A stretch of DNA of 64,000 nt from Squalus acanthias (GCA_030390025.1 JASTWF010000048.1:744001-808000); one strand, 5' to 3'; positions 25,186 to 39,078 are shown, numbered from the stretch's first letter. The notes: generated from the letters alone by a model not told the origin. A program made the numbers and translations.

Positions 25186-26576
25186 TCTGGTATAACAAGA
25201 GGAAGCCAATATTGAAACTTGCAGGCTCACAGCACTTTCGGAACAGGAGTGGACCAGTTAGCCCCTCGAGCCTGTTACAAAGGAATACGAGTAGACCAGC
25301 TAGCCCCTCGAGCCTGTTACATAGGAATAGTAGACCAGTTAGCCCCTCGAGCCTGTTCCGCTATTCAATTCGATCATGGCTGATCTGTATCTTAACTGCA
25401 GCTCATCGCCTTTGTTTCAGAGACCTTAATAACTTTGACGAACATAAATCTATTAATATCATTTTTGACATTTACAATTGACCCCCAGCCTCAACAGCTG
25501 CTTGGGGGAGACCGTTTCAGAATTCCACCACCCTTTGTCTGAATAAGTGCTTCCTGACATCATCCCTGGACAGCCGAGCTCTAAGTTTAAGACTATTTTC
25601 CCTTTTTCTGGACATTCCCGTCGGAGGAAATAATTTCTCTCTATCTGCGCATTCAAATCCTGTTTATCAAACATAAAAACCCCAAGTTTTTACGCGAAAG
25701 TTAGTTGAAGGTGCAAGGGCTATAGTGCAGAACAGCGCTAGTATCAAAAATATGAGAAAGTGTGAGCTAAATTAATATTATTTTTATTTTTATTCATTCT
25801 CGGGATATGGACGTCGCTGGCAAAATTTATTGCCCATCCCTAGTTGCCCCTTGAGAAGGTGGTGGTGGGCCTTCTCTTGAACTCCTGCAATCCCGTGTGG
25901 TGAAGGTGCCCCCAGAGCGCTGTTCGGCAGGTTGTTCCAAGATTTTAACCCAGCTTCTCTGAAGGAAAGGCCGATTTATGTCCAAATAGGGATGGAGTGT
26001 GTGTGACCTGGAGGGGGACTTGGAGTTGATGGTGTTTCCATGGGACCTGCTGTCGTGTTGGGTTATTAAAGCTTAGACACTGATTTCTAAATCTCGGGGA
26101 ACCCCACAGTAGAAGTCCCTCTGGACCAAACCACTTCCATTCAGGCATAGAGATTACACCAGGGAAACGGGCCGGTCCAACGAGCCACCCCAAGTAATTT
26201 ACCCGCCACGTCAAAAAATGGTTCGCATCACATTTACTTGCCCTCTTTCTGCATCCTATAAAGACGTGGAAGGGATCCATAGCAGGACAGATCGCTCGAA
26301 CTCGACCTTCATTCGCACCAATCGTCTAGCCAACTGAGCCAGTTGCCCAACTCGCCCCATCGACCACCAGTCAGACACATACAATGACAGACGGCAGGGA
26401 CCGGAACTAGTTCCTTTCTCATTCTTCTTTCGACCAGGCCGTCTGAATATTATGTCATACAAGAAGTGACGGTACAGAATTGAACCCTACTTCTCGTGAT
26501 GTCATTTCCGGCTGTCGGTTTTAAATTCTGCTGCCTGAAATTTGTCCAATATCGAATTCAGCCCCCAGCCTGTAGG

Positions 26577-27508
26577 ATGCAGTTACACATTCTCTTCATT
26601 ATCCTCTCGCCGCTGTTTCCATGTACGTATTCTCCGTTTATAACGATACTGGCGCTAAAATATATTTTCTGTTTTCATTCACTACTAACTCTGTCAATGG
26701 TATTCTCATGCCGTCGCATTACTTACTGACTGTTACTTAAACTGCGTACTTTAACTTGATAACAGAACGGAATATGATTGTGAATAATTTTGGCTTTATG
26801 AAATTCAATATTAAATAGTTTTATTACCTATATTTTCGTAACTCGAATAAATAATTGTCTTTTTAACGGTAAATTGCCCCTAATTCTATGTCAATTTGCC
26901 TCTCTGAAATCGCTCGGCANNNNNNNNNNNNNNNNNNNNNNNNNNNNNNNNNNNNNNNNNNNNNNNNNNNNNNNNNNNNNNNNNNNNNNNNNNNNNNNNN
27001 NNNNNNNNNNNNNNNNNNNNNNNNNNNNNNNNNNNNNNNNNNNNNNNNNNNNNNNNNNNNNNNNNNNNNNNNNNNNNNNNNNNNNNNNNNNNNNNNNNNN
27101 NNNNNNNNNNNNNNNNNNNNNNNNNNNNNNNNNNNNNNNNNNCTATCTATTTATCGCATGTTACATGATGCACTGAACTATGGAAACGTTCTCCTTATTT
27201 TTTAAGGTAAAACATTAGCAGAGGTGATACACCAATGGCCAAGTTCGGTGGCGGTGAATAAAGGTGAACTAGTAGAATTAAACTGTTACCAGAACGACAG
27301 CAGCAAGACTGTCATGCTGTGGTATCGGCAGTACGCCGGTCAGAGCCTTAACCTAATAGGCTATTCTCGTACTGGAATTCCAGCCACTTTGGAAGAAAAC
27401 TTTGAGAAGGAGATCGAGATTGTAAGGCCCGAGGAGAAAAAGTGCACCCTGAAGATCTTCAAGGTGAAGGCTGCGGATACAGCCGTGTATTACTGTGCAG
27501 CCAGTGAG
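26577..27508 (+). CDS. TRBV: TCR V segment V8, apparently intact: leader 26577-26622, V exon 27207-27508 (N gap in the intron)
   Basis: Leader MQLHILFIILSPLFP|gtacg; V exon KTLAEVIHQWP...LNCYQND...MLWYRQ...IVRPEE...DTAVYYCAASE. Confidence 0.9.
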
Positions 27509-27547
27509 CACAGCGCTGCAGACTGCGCGAGTGCCAGTACAAAAACC
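27509..27547 (+). promoter_or_regulatory. 23-RSS of V8
   Basis: CACAGCG + 23 bp + ACAAAAACC. Confidence 0.95.
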
Positions 27548-27805
27548 AGCAGAGTGAACAACACAACTCACTGAATAAAAGAGCTGTGACAATGGCTAAT
27601 GTCTGCTCGCTTCACCGGCCATTTCCACCTGGTTACACACGATTCTTGCACTTTTCACAAGGGCAGAATGACAGGAAATAAGAGAATTTGCGAGGAAATG
27701 AGAGACAGAAAGAAAGAAACAATGAAAGTAGGAAAGAAAGAAGGACAGAAGGACAGAAAGAAGGAAAGAAAGGAAGAAAGACAGGTGTCTTAGAACCCCT
27801 GAAAT

Positions 27806-28531
27806 ATGCGATTCAATATACTTGTCTATGCTCTTTTCTTTCTGGCAATGAGGATATTAAAATTCACTCGCTCTCAATGTTCTAGACTTGATCAACTAAA
27901 ACGGATACATAACGATCTAAATAATGCAATTCGTTAACGTCACCGCGATGAAGTGGTATACAGGCAGTAAATGATCTAATATAAGATAGTTGGCTCTTCA
28001 ATATGTTCATTTTTTGGACAACACACCTCATTAATATTATTCTAAACTTTTAATATTTTCACCCAAATGCGCGCTAGCAGATTTTGAAGTTGTATTTTAC
28101 AGCTGCGTTTTCCCAGGTGCTTGTAGGAAATTAGGAGCGAGCCTTAATTTCCATCGGTAATTTAGCGCAACTCCCACAACTATCGTCGCAAGTTTAACGG
28201 AATCCGTCCTTATTCTTTCCTCGTAATTCCTGTTTCCAGTTGTTTCATGGGCCGATGTGGTGCATCAATGACTCATGGAGCGAGGATGTACCGAACTGAA
28301 CTGTGAGCTGAACAGAACGCTTCGCAATAACATACTGTATTATCGTCAGCCTGCCGGCTAATCGTGTTAATCAGATCCATTCATTGATGAAGTGAAGCTC
28401 AGTATCTTCAAGGTTTTAAGAGCGGGTTTGCTACTACGAGGACTAGGGAGAATAAGAAATTCTCCCTGATGATCGAAAGCGTTAAATACACGGATGTGGC
28501 GGTGTATTTCTGTGCAGCTGCTGATGGCTGG
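27806..28531 (+). pseudogene. TRBV: V pseudogene V9 (candidate leader about 27806-27848, V exon 28240-28531), multiple stops and deletions
   Basis: DVVHQ*...ELNC...LYYRQPAG*...DVAVYFCAAADG; degenerate RSS CACTCAG + 23 bp + TCTAAAACT at 28532-28570. Confidence 0.8.
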
Positions 28532-28599
28532 CACTCAGAAAAATTACCTCACACAACATGCTCTAAAACTCCTGTAAATTTACAGGGAACAGCGCCCCG

Positions 28600-29706
28600 T
28601 ACACAGTTCTGGACTCCATATAGCTTGGTTAGATCACACTTGGAGCACTGTGCACAATTCTGGTCTCCATATAGCTTGGTTGGATCACACTTGGAGCACT
28701 ATGCACAGTTCTGGTCTCCATATACATTGGTTAGATCACACTTGGAGCACTGTGCACAGTTCTGGTCTCCATTTAACTTAGTTAGACCACACTTGGCGCT
28801 CTGTGCACAGTTATGGTCTCCATATACTTTGATTAGATCACACTTGGAGCACTGTGCACAGCTCTGGTCACCATATACCTTGGTTAGACCACACTTGGAG
28901 CACTGTGTACAGTTCTGGACTCCATATAGCTTGGTTAGATCACACTTGGAGCACTGTGCACAGTTCTGCTCTCCATAAACCTTAGTTAGACCAAACTTGG
29001 CGCTCTGTGCACAGTTATGGTCTGCATATACCTTGGTTAGATCACACTTGGAGCTCTGTGCACAGTTCTGGTCACCATATACCTTGGTTAGACCGCACTT
29101 GGAGCACCGTGTACAGTTCCGGTCTCCGTATACCTTGGTAGACCACACTTGGAGCACTGTGCACAGTTCTGGTATCCATATTTCTCAGTTAGACCACATG
29201 TGGAGCACTGTCCTCAGTACTGATCTCCATATGCCTTGGTTAAACAACACTTGGAGCACTGAGTACTGTTCTGGTCTCCATATACCTTGGTTAGATCACA
29301 CCTAGACTTTTGTGCCCAGTTCTGGTCTCCATTTGCCATGGTAAGACCGCACCTGGAGCTTTGTGCTCTGTTCTGGTCTCCATATAGCTTGGTTAAACAC
29401 ACATGGAGCACTGTGCACAGTTTTGGTCTCCAGAAACCTTGGTTAGACCACTTATGGAGCACTGTGCACAGTTTTGGTCTCCATTTACCTTGGTTAGACC
29501 ACACTTGGAGTACTTTGCACAGTTCTGGTCTCCATCTACATTGGTAGACCACACTTGGAGCACTGTGCATAGTTCCAGTCTCCATATACCTTGGTTAGAC
29601 CACACTTGGAGCACTGTGCACAGTTCTGGTCTCCATATACTTTGGTTAGACTACACTTGGAGCATTGTACACAGTACTGGTCTCCATATACCTTGGTTAG
29701 ACCTCA
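28600..29706 (+). repeat. 51-bp tandem repeat amplified from CR1 ORF2
   Basis: About 21 units translating LVRPHLEHCAQFWSPYT, followed by the rest of a CR1 3' end to about 30155. Confidence 0.9.
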
Positions 29707-30543
29707 CTTTAAGAGTAGGCTGTGGTTATATCTACCACCAAAGAATAAACAGGCTGGGGTTCTTTACTCTAGAATGAGAAGACTGAAGGATGATTAATAG
29801 AGGGCTTTAAAATTATGAAATGTTTTAAAGGTTAGACCAGGAGAAGTTGTTTTCACTTGTGGGGGAGACCAAATCAAGGGGCAATATAATAGTCACTAAC
29901 AAATCCTAAAAGGAATTCAGGAGACACTTCTTTACACAGCGTGTGTGGAACTCGGTACCGCAGGGAATGGTTGAGGTAAATAGCAAAGATGCTCTTAAGG
30001 GGAAGCTTGATAAATATACGAGGGAGAAAGGAAATGAAGGATATGCTGAAAGGTTGAGACGAAGAGAGGTGGGAGGAGGGTCGTGTGGAGCATAAACACC
30101 TGCACAGATGAATTCGGTCGAATGCCTGATTATGTACTGGACATTCTATTTAAATCAATGTAGCAAATGTAAGTATCTGAAGCAGAGGAGAAAGTTGGAA
30201 GACGGATCTATTTCAAGAACAGTCTTGAAAAGTGTTACGTACTCGGTTACACTGGGAAAAATCCCCAAGTCCCAGGTGCTTGTAGTTGCACGTTCTGGCC
30301 AGTACGTGGCGGTGTTGCGGCATTGAAGCCAACGCCACATTCTGATTTGGCACCGATTGAGCAATGCCGCAGCAGAACTAAAATTCCCCTTAATGGTCCA
30401 ATCCGCTGTTTCTGGATCCTTTCCAATTCCCGACAATGAAAGAAATAAACGGGAGAGAGAAAGAAAGAAAGAGAGAAAGAATAAGAGAGCGAGAGAAGGA
30501 AAGGAAGCAGGAAAGAAAGAGAGAAACAAGAAAGAACGAAGGA

Positions 30544-30583
<40 letters not shown>

Positions 30584-30789
30584 CGTTTAACTTTATTTTA
30601 ATTCAAGCGCCATCGAAATCAGTTGCTAAATTCTCTGGCCCAGTATTTACTTTTGCTTTGAAGTGTGTTGAGTTAATGCAGAGGTGGTTGCAACTGTTTG
30701 ATGCGACTTCCGGCTCTGACGCTGTGCTAATGAAACTGACCTGAATTTAAGACTGAACCTGGTCTGGCCCGTAATTACCACGGAAATTA

Positions 30790-32700
30790 ACCTGGTGCTC
30801 ATGATATTAGAAGAAGATATCAAAAAGGATATAAATACATTTAAGATAGAAAGGGGGGAGATACTTGACAAACTATTCAAATTTAGAGAGGGTAAAACCC
30901 CTGCATCTGCGCAAACATAAAGACGTTGGGGAAAAGATAGCAGAGCTACTATTACATATATATAAAATTTCATTAGAAAAGTGAATAGTGCCAGAGGACT
31001 GGCGGGCAGCCAATGTAATTGTTTTATTCAAAAAGGAGATAAAACAAGTCCAGGTAACTGCAGCTCAATTAGCTTAACGTCGGTGACAGGTAAGACAATG
31101 GAATCCTTGCTCAAATGTCTCATAAAAGAAAATTAGAAACTGAAAAAACAATATAGAGCAGCTAAGAATCTATAATAAATAAGATTACAACAGGGAAGGT
31201 CATGCTTGACCAACCTTATTGAACTCTTTGAAGAAGTAACTGAAAGGGTAGCTATGGGTCATGATGTAGCTGTAAGCTATTTGGATTTCCAAACAGCCTT
31301 CGACTATCAATCTCATATTAGACTCATGACTAAGGTCAGAAAATTTGGAGTCAGGGGACAAGTAGCAGAATGCAGAGCAAGCTGGCTACAAATAAAAAAC
31401 AGAGATTTCGGATTAAAGTTAGTTACTCAGAATGGCAAATGGCGAAATGTGGTGTTCCACAAGGATCGGTGCTGGGACCACAGTTGTTCACCATTTACAT
31501 AAACGATTTGCACTCGGGAATCGGAAGTCCAATTTAAAAATGTGCGAATGACACCACGTTGGGGGATGTAGTTAATACAGAGGAGGACTGCAACAAATAC
31601 AGGAAGACATTAATACATTTGCAGAATGGGCTTGTAATTGGCAAATGAACTTCAATATAGAGAGGTTCGAGGTAATAAATTTTGGTAGGAAGAATAAGGA
31701 AGCCACACACTCCTGAGAAAATAAGTGTCTAAATAGGGTAGAGGAACAGCGGGATCTGGTCGCACAGATACACAGATCACTAAAAGTATCGACACAGGTT
31801 AATAAGCTCATAAAAAAGCAAACAAAACACTGGGGTTCATTTCTACAGGGATAGAATTTAAATGCAGAGAAGTTATGTGAAAATTGAATAGAACCTTGGT
31901 TAGACCACACTTGGAATACAGTGAACAGTTCTGGTCTCTGTGTTATATAAAGCATATAGAGACACTGGAGAAGGTGCAAAATATATTTATTAGAATGATA
32001 TCAGAACTGAGAGCTTATACCTATCAGGAAAGATTGGACATGCTGGGTCACTTTTCTCTAGAAACGAGAAGACTGAGGGGTTACCTGATAGAGATCGTTA
32101 AGAATATGAAAGGGTTTGATGGGGTAGAGATAGAGAAGATGTTTCCAATTGCAGGGGAGACCAGCACTAGGGCCCATAAATATAACATAGTCGCTAATAG
32201 ATCCAATAGGAAATTCAGGAGAACCTTATTTACCTAGAGATTGGTTAGAATGTGGAATTCGCTGCCACAGGGAGTAATCGAGGTGAATAGCATAGACACT
32301 TTCAAGGGGAAACAAGATAAGCAGAAGGAGCAGAATTTTAAACATACACAATTATTTCAGGGCTTAACAGGTTAAATGCAGGGAGGATGTTTCCCCTGGC
32401 AGGGAAGTTTGAACCAGGGGTCACAGTCTCAGAATAAGGGGTCGGCCATTTAGATCTGAGATGGGGAGAAATTTCTTTACGCAGAGGGTGGTGAATCTTT
32501 GGCATTCTCTACCCCAGAGGGCTGTGGAGGATCAGTTGTTGAGTATATTCAAGACAGAGATCGATAAATTTTAAAATATTAAAGTAATCCAGGGATATGG
32601 AGATAGTGCAGGAAAGTGGAGATGAGGTAGATGATCTGCCATGAACTTATTGAAGGGCCAAATGGCCTACTCCTGCTCCTATTTCTTATGTTCTTATGAA
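30790..32700 (+). mobile_element. Decayed CR1 ORF2 (RT domain to 3' end) plus a second CR1 3' end
   Basis: CLTNLIELFEEVT, YLDFQTAFD, GVPQGSVLGP-like, LVRPHLEY motifs with many disruptions. Confidence 0.85.
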
Positions 32701-33413
32701 TAGAACGGTATGTTGAGGGGGTCAGGTGAAGGGTGTTGGGAGTTGGCTCGTGTGCAGCATAAACACCGGCATGGACCTGTTGAGCCAAATTTCCTGCTTC
32801 TGTGCTGTAAATACCTTGTGATACTTTGTCTGAAAAAACAGCACCCACCGGAGTGCATCTCACCGCCACAATGCTTTACAACATTCTCCAACTTGCTGCT
32901 TTATTTCTGGTGCTGTGCAAGTATTTAATTGAGCAACAACGTTCTGACAACAACGTTCGATTTGTTTTAATGATTAAACATTGAGAAACAATTTTCCCAA
33001 ACCCCAGATGAATTATTGTATCCAAACACATTTTAGAAAGGCTGTCAACGCCTCAAAGAGGGTTCCAAAGAGATGTTCCAGCATGTTACCAGTTTCGAGG
33101 GATATCAGTTGTGTGGCGAGACCAGAGAAGCTGGGATTGTTCTCCTTTGAGCAGATAAGGTGAAGGGGAGATTTATCAGAATGTTACCAGGTTTGAGCGA
33201 CCTCGTTAGAGAACAGAAACCGGGAGGGGCGTGGTAGGGGCGAGGGATCATCAGCTGTCAATCAGACTGCAAGAAGGCGGGGCTTGAAGTGAGCGGGCTG
33301 CAGATGTCAATCAAACAGAACTGCAGTTCGATAAAACTGCGACGCAGCTGCCGGGAGAGCAGATTCTTGTTACAATATCTCGCTCATTTCTCTTGTGCAA
33401 ACTATTAAGCACA

Positions 33414-33841
33414 ATGCATGTAATCTGGTGTCTGGTGTCTGCGCTGCTGCTGCACAGTAAGTCAGCCTCTGCAATGCCAATGCTCAGTCGGGCTCCGAAT
33501 GTGAGCGCCTCCTGTAGTTTAATCCAATTTTTCTCCTATTGGCAGGTGTAGATAGCGGAAATGTTCAGCAAATTCCGCCTGTAATCTCCAAATCCCTGCA
33601 ATCCCCATTGCAGATCCGCTGTTATGCAGAGGGCTCTGTCTGTACAGTGTTTTCCTGGTACCGCCAGCTCCCAGCCGGAGAGCTGTTGTTCATCTTCAAC
33701 TCTCGAAATACCGTGCGCATCGACCCGGCGGGAGATGTGGACGGCTTCACCGCCTCTCGACCCGACGGCTCCACCTTCCACCTGCAAACGGCCAGTCTGC
33801 GAGCGAACCACTCGGGGGTGTATTAATGCGCCTGGCGACTC
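33414..33841 (+). pseudogene. TRBV: V pseudogene V10 (leader 33414-33456, V exon 33546-33841), single nonsense codon in YYC; TRBV30-like
   Basis: GNVQQIPP...IRC...FSWYRQ...FTASRPDG...HSGVY*CAWRL; TAA at 33824-33826. Confidence 0.88.
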
Positions 33842-33880
33842 CACAGTGACACAAGGAGTCGGGGCAATGCAACAAAAACT
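33842..33880 (+). promoter_or_regulatory. 23-RSS of V10
   Basis: CACAGTG + 23 bp + ACAAAAACT. Confidence 0.95.
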
Positions 33881-34049
33881 CGGTGCAGCAGAGAACGAGC
33901 CTGAGGACCGCAACAGTCGCTGCATTGCTGGGTGAGGTGTTCAGCCCGAGGGGTAGAGAGGGTGTGGGGGGGGGGGGGTATCGAGACGCGACAGCATTGT
34001 TTAGAAACAGAGTAAAGCCCAACACACTGTTGTGATACATAATGAAGAT

Positions 34050-34374
34050 TCTCATTCACTGATTAGATACGGAGTAAAGATCCTCACTCACTGATTAGAT
34101 ACAGAATAAAGATCCTCACTCACTGATTAGATACAGAGTAAAGACCCCCACTCACTGATGAGACACAGAGTAAAGACCCTCACTCACTGATTAGATACAG
34201 AGTAAAGACCCTCACTCACTGATTAGATACAGAGTAAAGACCCTCACTCACTGATTGGATACAGAGTAGAGAACCTCACTCACTGATTAGATACGGAGTA
34301 AAGACCCTCACTCACTGATTAGATACAGAGTAAAGACCCTCACTCACTGTTTAGATAGAGTAAAGACTCTCATT
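34050..34374. repeat. 33-bp minisatellite (CACTCACTGATTAGATACAGAGTAAAGACCCT-like) running into an N gap
   Basis: About 10 tandem units. Confidence 0.9.
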
Positions 34375-36904
34375 NNNNNNNNNNNNNNNNNNNNNNNNNN
34401 NNNNNNNNNNNNNNNNNNNNNNNNNNNNNNNNNNNNNNNNNNNNNNNNNNNNNNNNNNNNNNNNNNNNNNNNNNNNNNNNNNNNNNNNNNNNNNNNNNNN
34501 NNNNNNNNNNNNNNNNNNNNNNNNNNNNNNNNNNNNNNNNNNNNNNNNNNNNNNNNNNNNNNNNNNNNNNNNNNACTATATGTCTTTCTAAATGTCTGTA
34601 TACCTCTCTGACTATCTCTCTATTTCTCTTTCTATCTATCTGTCTATCAATCTGTCTATCTGTCTGTCTATCTGTCTGTCTATCTGTTGATCTGTTTATC
34701 TGTTTATCTTTGAATGATTACAATTTGTTATTTATTAATTATAAAATGCTGTATCGATGTATCCAATGCCCTTTTTTTCACAAATTATCTACATTTAAAC
34801 AGCAGATTATGCGGTAGCGTAAATTGGTTAACGTCAGTGGTGAAAGATTGGATGGTGGAGTAGGTGCAGGAGATACCCGTACCTTCCGATATGCCACTGA
34901 ATTATTCCTGTTATTTCCGCCAATGCAATTGCGACGAGAGGCGCGCTCCTTATCACAGCATCATGGAATGATACTTCACAGAAGGAGGCCATTCGACCCA
35001 TCCATCCTGTGCCGGCTCATTGAAAAATCTATCAAATTAGGTCCATTCCCCTGCCCTATCCCCTACAGACTTGCAAGTTTTCCCACAGGAAATATTTATC
35101 CAATTCCCTTCTGAAAGTTACTATTTAATCTGCTTGCACCACCCTTTCAGGATGAGCATTTGAGATCATAACAAACCGTTGTGGAGAAAAATACGCCGCA
35201 AGTCGCCACTGGCTCTTGTACCAACTTCCTTATATCTGTGTACTCTGGATAGACCCTTCTGCGAGTGGAAACAATGTCTCCTTGTTTACCCGATCAAAAC
35301 CCTTTGCTATCTTGAATAAGGGTTAAGGTAGCACAGTGCTGATGTTACTGAATTCATAATCCTGTAGTTCTGGACGAATAATGTAAAAACATGAGTACAA
35401 ATCTCCCCACGGCAGTTGGAGAATTTATATTCAGTTAATTAAATGCATCTGGAATTAAAAATCTAGTATTGGCAATAAGGAAACCCATCTGGTTCAATTT
35501 ATTTGCCACTTGCGGATCCAGAATGCATCTCACAACCACCTTTCTCAGGAGCAAAATGGGATGGGTAATAAATGCCGGTCTTGCCAGCGACGCCCACATG
35601 CCATGAATAAAAACAATCTCCATTATATCTCCCATTAATAATCTCTGCTTTAAGGAGAACAGTAGCAGCTTCCCTTGTCTCTCATAACTGACGTCCCTCA
35701 TCCCTGGTAACATTCTGGTAAATCTTCATTAAGGCGAAAAACCCCATACACATAGGAAATAATTCATCTTAGAACCCTTAAACGTGTCACGAATGCTTCA
35801 TACTGTGCAAAGGCGAGATGCATCCCCAGATATGTTTTTCACTGTGAAACCTGCCTCCTGACGGCGGGTACAAAAGCCGTTGAAAACCGTTTACCCACTT
35901 CCATCTAGGTGACTTTTGACGTGTTTTTTCAGAGAAACTAGAAGTCCAGCCCAGCAAAGAATACAACCCTTTAATTCCCGTTGAGCACATGGGAACTGAA
36001 AGCTGCACTGCCTGAAAGAAGAGAAAAATTTGACCCAACAATGGTCCGCGTTTTATAGAATGATAGAATCCTAAAGCACAGAAGGAGGCCACTCGGTCAG
36101 TCCAGTCCGTGCCGTCTCTTTGAAAGAGCGATCCTAATAGTCCCACACGAGTTTCCTCCCACCCACCTTAATCTCACTCTGTCAACATATACTTCTCTTC
36201 CTTTCTCCCTCATGTATTTAGCTAGTATCCCTTTAAATGCATCTATGTTATTTCCCTCAACCACGCCTTGTGGTTGCGAGTTGCACGTTCTCACCACTCT
36301 CCGGGTAAAGTGGTTTCTCCTGAATTCCCTATTGGACTATTCCCAATTGTATATCTTATATTTATGGCCCCTAGTTTTGGCCTCTCCTATCCAATTATTC
36401 CCACATCCCTGTTCATTCCCCATAGCCCTGTTTTTATCCTCTTCTAGTTTATGTCCATTTCCTTTGTGAAAGTTACCAATTTATCGGTCTCCAGCACCCT
36501 TTCAGGAAGTGTATTCCCGATCATAAAATCTTGCTGCATGAAAAACTGTCTCCTCATCTACCAGTTGGATTTTTTGCCAAATACCTTAAATCTGTGCCCT
36601 CTGGTCACCGACCCTTCCGGCAGAGGAATCAATTACTCCTTGTCTATTCTATCACAACCGCTCTGAAATTTTAACACCTCTATTAACTCTCCCCATATCG
36701 TCTGTGATGTATAATTTTATGAAATTGCTAAACTACCTCCGTTTCAAGCTTCTCACCATATATAGAAATACGCTGATATTGCCTTCTTCTGTCCCAAGTG
36801 GATGACGTCACACTTGCCCACAATGAATCCATCTGTCAATGTTTTGCTCACTCATTTAATCTCTCTCTGTCACCTTTGAAACAGACTGTCCCCGTCTGCT
36901 CTGC

Positions 36905-37560
36905 TCACTGCCAATCAGAGAGAGATGGGTCGCACTGTCAAACAGGGAGAGAGAGTCAGGCCTGCTAATCCGAGAGCGCTGTCATTCAGAGATGGGAGGG
37001 GCGGAGCTTACAATCAGAGAGGGCGTGGCCGAGCTGTCAAACATATAGGTCGCTGCAGGGTTGTCAATCAGAGAGTGAGGGGTGGTGCTGTCAATCAGAG
37101 AGGGGGCGCATCTGTCAATCAGAGAGGGCGCGGCACAGTTCGCAATCAGAGAGTGAGGGGTGGCGCTATCAATCAGAGTGGGTGACGTGTTTTCAGAGAG
37201 GGGCGGGGTGGTGATGTCACTCAGAGAGGGGCGTGGTACTGCTGTGAATCGGTACATATGATTACATAGGATGTATGGCACAGAAACAGGCCATTCCTTC
37301 CAACCAGTCCATGCCGGCGTTTTTGCTCCACACGAGCCTCCTCCCGTCTTTCCTCTTCTAAATCTATCAGCATAAACCTCTTTTTCCTTTTCCCTCATAT
37401 GCTTACCTTGCCTCCCCTTAAATGTACCCATAATATTCGCTTAAACCACTCCCTGTGGAAACAGAGAAGGTAGGGGCGGTGCTGTCACTCCGAGAGGGCG
37501 GAGGCAGGGCTGTCAATCAGATAGGGCGAGACAGGCCTGTCAATCAGACAGTGATGGGTG
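36905..37560. repeat. TGTCAATCA/GC-box tandem array upstream of the V11 leader
   Basis: Paralogous to 2110-2750. Confidence 0.8.
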
Positions 37561-37712
37561 GGATACTGTATATTCAGTATTTTCTTATGAATGATAGAGA
37601 TTGTGCATTTTCACGCGGCAGTCTCGCCTTGCAAACAACAGTCTCATAGCTCTGGTTTCTGGGCAGATTATTGGCCGTGAGAGCCCCGCTCCCAAACCCT
37701 CTGTCCCGGACC

Positions 37713-39039
37713 ATGCGAACTTGCCTCCTGTCCTACACTTTGCCGCTGTTCCGATTGGCGGGTAAGTAAACGAGAGGCCGGTGTCCCATAGGAAGCCTTT
37801 GGGTCTGGTGCAGGAATGTATTAAAGTCCTAGCAATGAAGTGTTCAATAATGAGAGAAAGAAAGAAAGAAGGAAAGAAAGAAAGAAAGATAGAGAGACAG
37901 AAAGTTAATGAGAGAACAGCTTTGTGCGAATAAATAGACTGTATTTGATCATTTGCAAATAAAGAAGACAAATTGAGTTAAATACAGTCGGGATGGACAT
38001 ACATAGAACAGGGTTATTCCTGTATAGTTTAAATTAGTGAGTGATTTTTCCACGTCAATCCCTGACAATTGTCCCGATTACAAGTCGAGCTCCACTAAAA
38101 CAACGGGCTCCCAAATAACTACAAGCGCCTGCGGGTTTAGAATATTCATCTGGCTTTGACAAATCGACTAAAAGCAGGATGGCGAGTGGTCGAATAGATA
38201 AAAGTGTATGTTAAGGAACATAGGAACAAGAGGAGGCCATTCAGGCCCTCGAGTCATTCAATGAGATCACAGCTGATCTGTACCTCAACACAAGTTACCC
38301 GCCTTGGTTGCGTAACCTTTAATAACCTTATCGAACAAAAATCTTTCAAATTCAGTTTTGAAATTTTCAGTTGACTCCGACCCTCTACAGTTTTTTGGGG
38401 AGAGAGTTGCTGACTTCCACTACCCTTTGTATGAAGAGGTGCTTCATCGCATCACCCCTAACCGGCCTAGCACTACGTTTAAGGTTATTCACCCCTTGTT
38501 CTGGTCTCCCCCCACCAGAGGAAATTATTTCTCTCTCTCTGCCCTAGCCACTCCTTTAATCATGTTCAATTAGATATAGGTGAAAAATACAGGAATTAAA
38601 TCGATTTAAATCAAAAGTAAGCGAATGAGAGAAAGAGGAATAGCAATCACGGAAAAGCTAATAATCCAAAGGGTTAGTGTGTCTTATTTCAGGGGAAATA
38701 AATGTCTCTCTTTAATGTTAATTCTTGTTTTGCTTGGAGGTGTTGGCGGTTCACAGAAGATGGTGCAGTCCCGAGAGCATGTGTCGGTGAGAGAGGGCGA
38801 GTCTGTGACTATCCCGTGCACCCAACGCGGGACCGATGCTTACATGTACTGGTACCGTCAGCTCCCGGGTCTGGGACTCCAGCACATCCTGCAGGCGTTC
38901 CAGGGAGATGACCCGAGCTGGTCGGACAGGTTCAAGGAGTGATTTTGGGCCAAGAAAATTGCAGATAACTCCTTCGATCTGAAGATATCGGTGTTGCGGC
39001 CGAACGACATGGCGCGGTATTTCTGCGCCTGCAGTGATG
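37713..39039 (+). pseudogene. TRBV: V pseudogene V11 (V1-type leader 37713-37761, V exon 38740-39039), in-frame stop
   Basis: GVGGSQKMVQS...IPC...MYWYRQ...DRFKE*FWAKK...DMARYFCACSD; TGA at 38940-38942; weak GAG acceptor. Confidence 0.85.
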
Positions 39040-39078
39040 CACAGAGACACACTCAGACTGAACAGTGCTACAAAAACC
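39040..39078 (+). promoter_or_regulatory. 23-RSS of V11
   Basis: CACAGAG + 23 bp + ACAAAAACC. Confidence 0.9.

Noticed and set aside
38625-38760. In-frame MLILVLLGG as an intronless leader for V11
   Set aside because: More simply the T-rich acceptor tract translating as hydrophobic residues; every other V with an identified leader has it on a separate exon.
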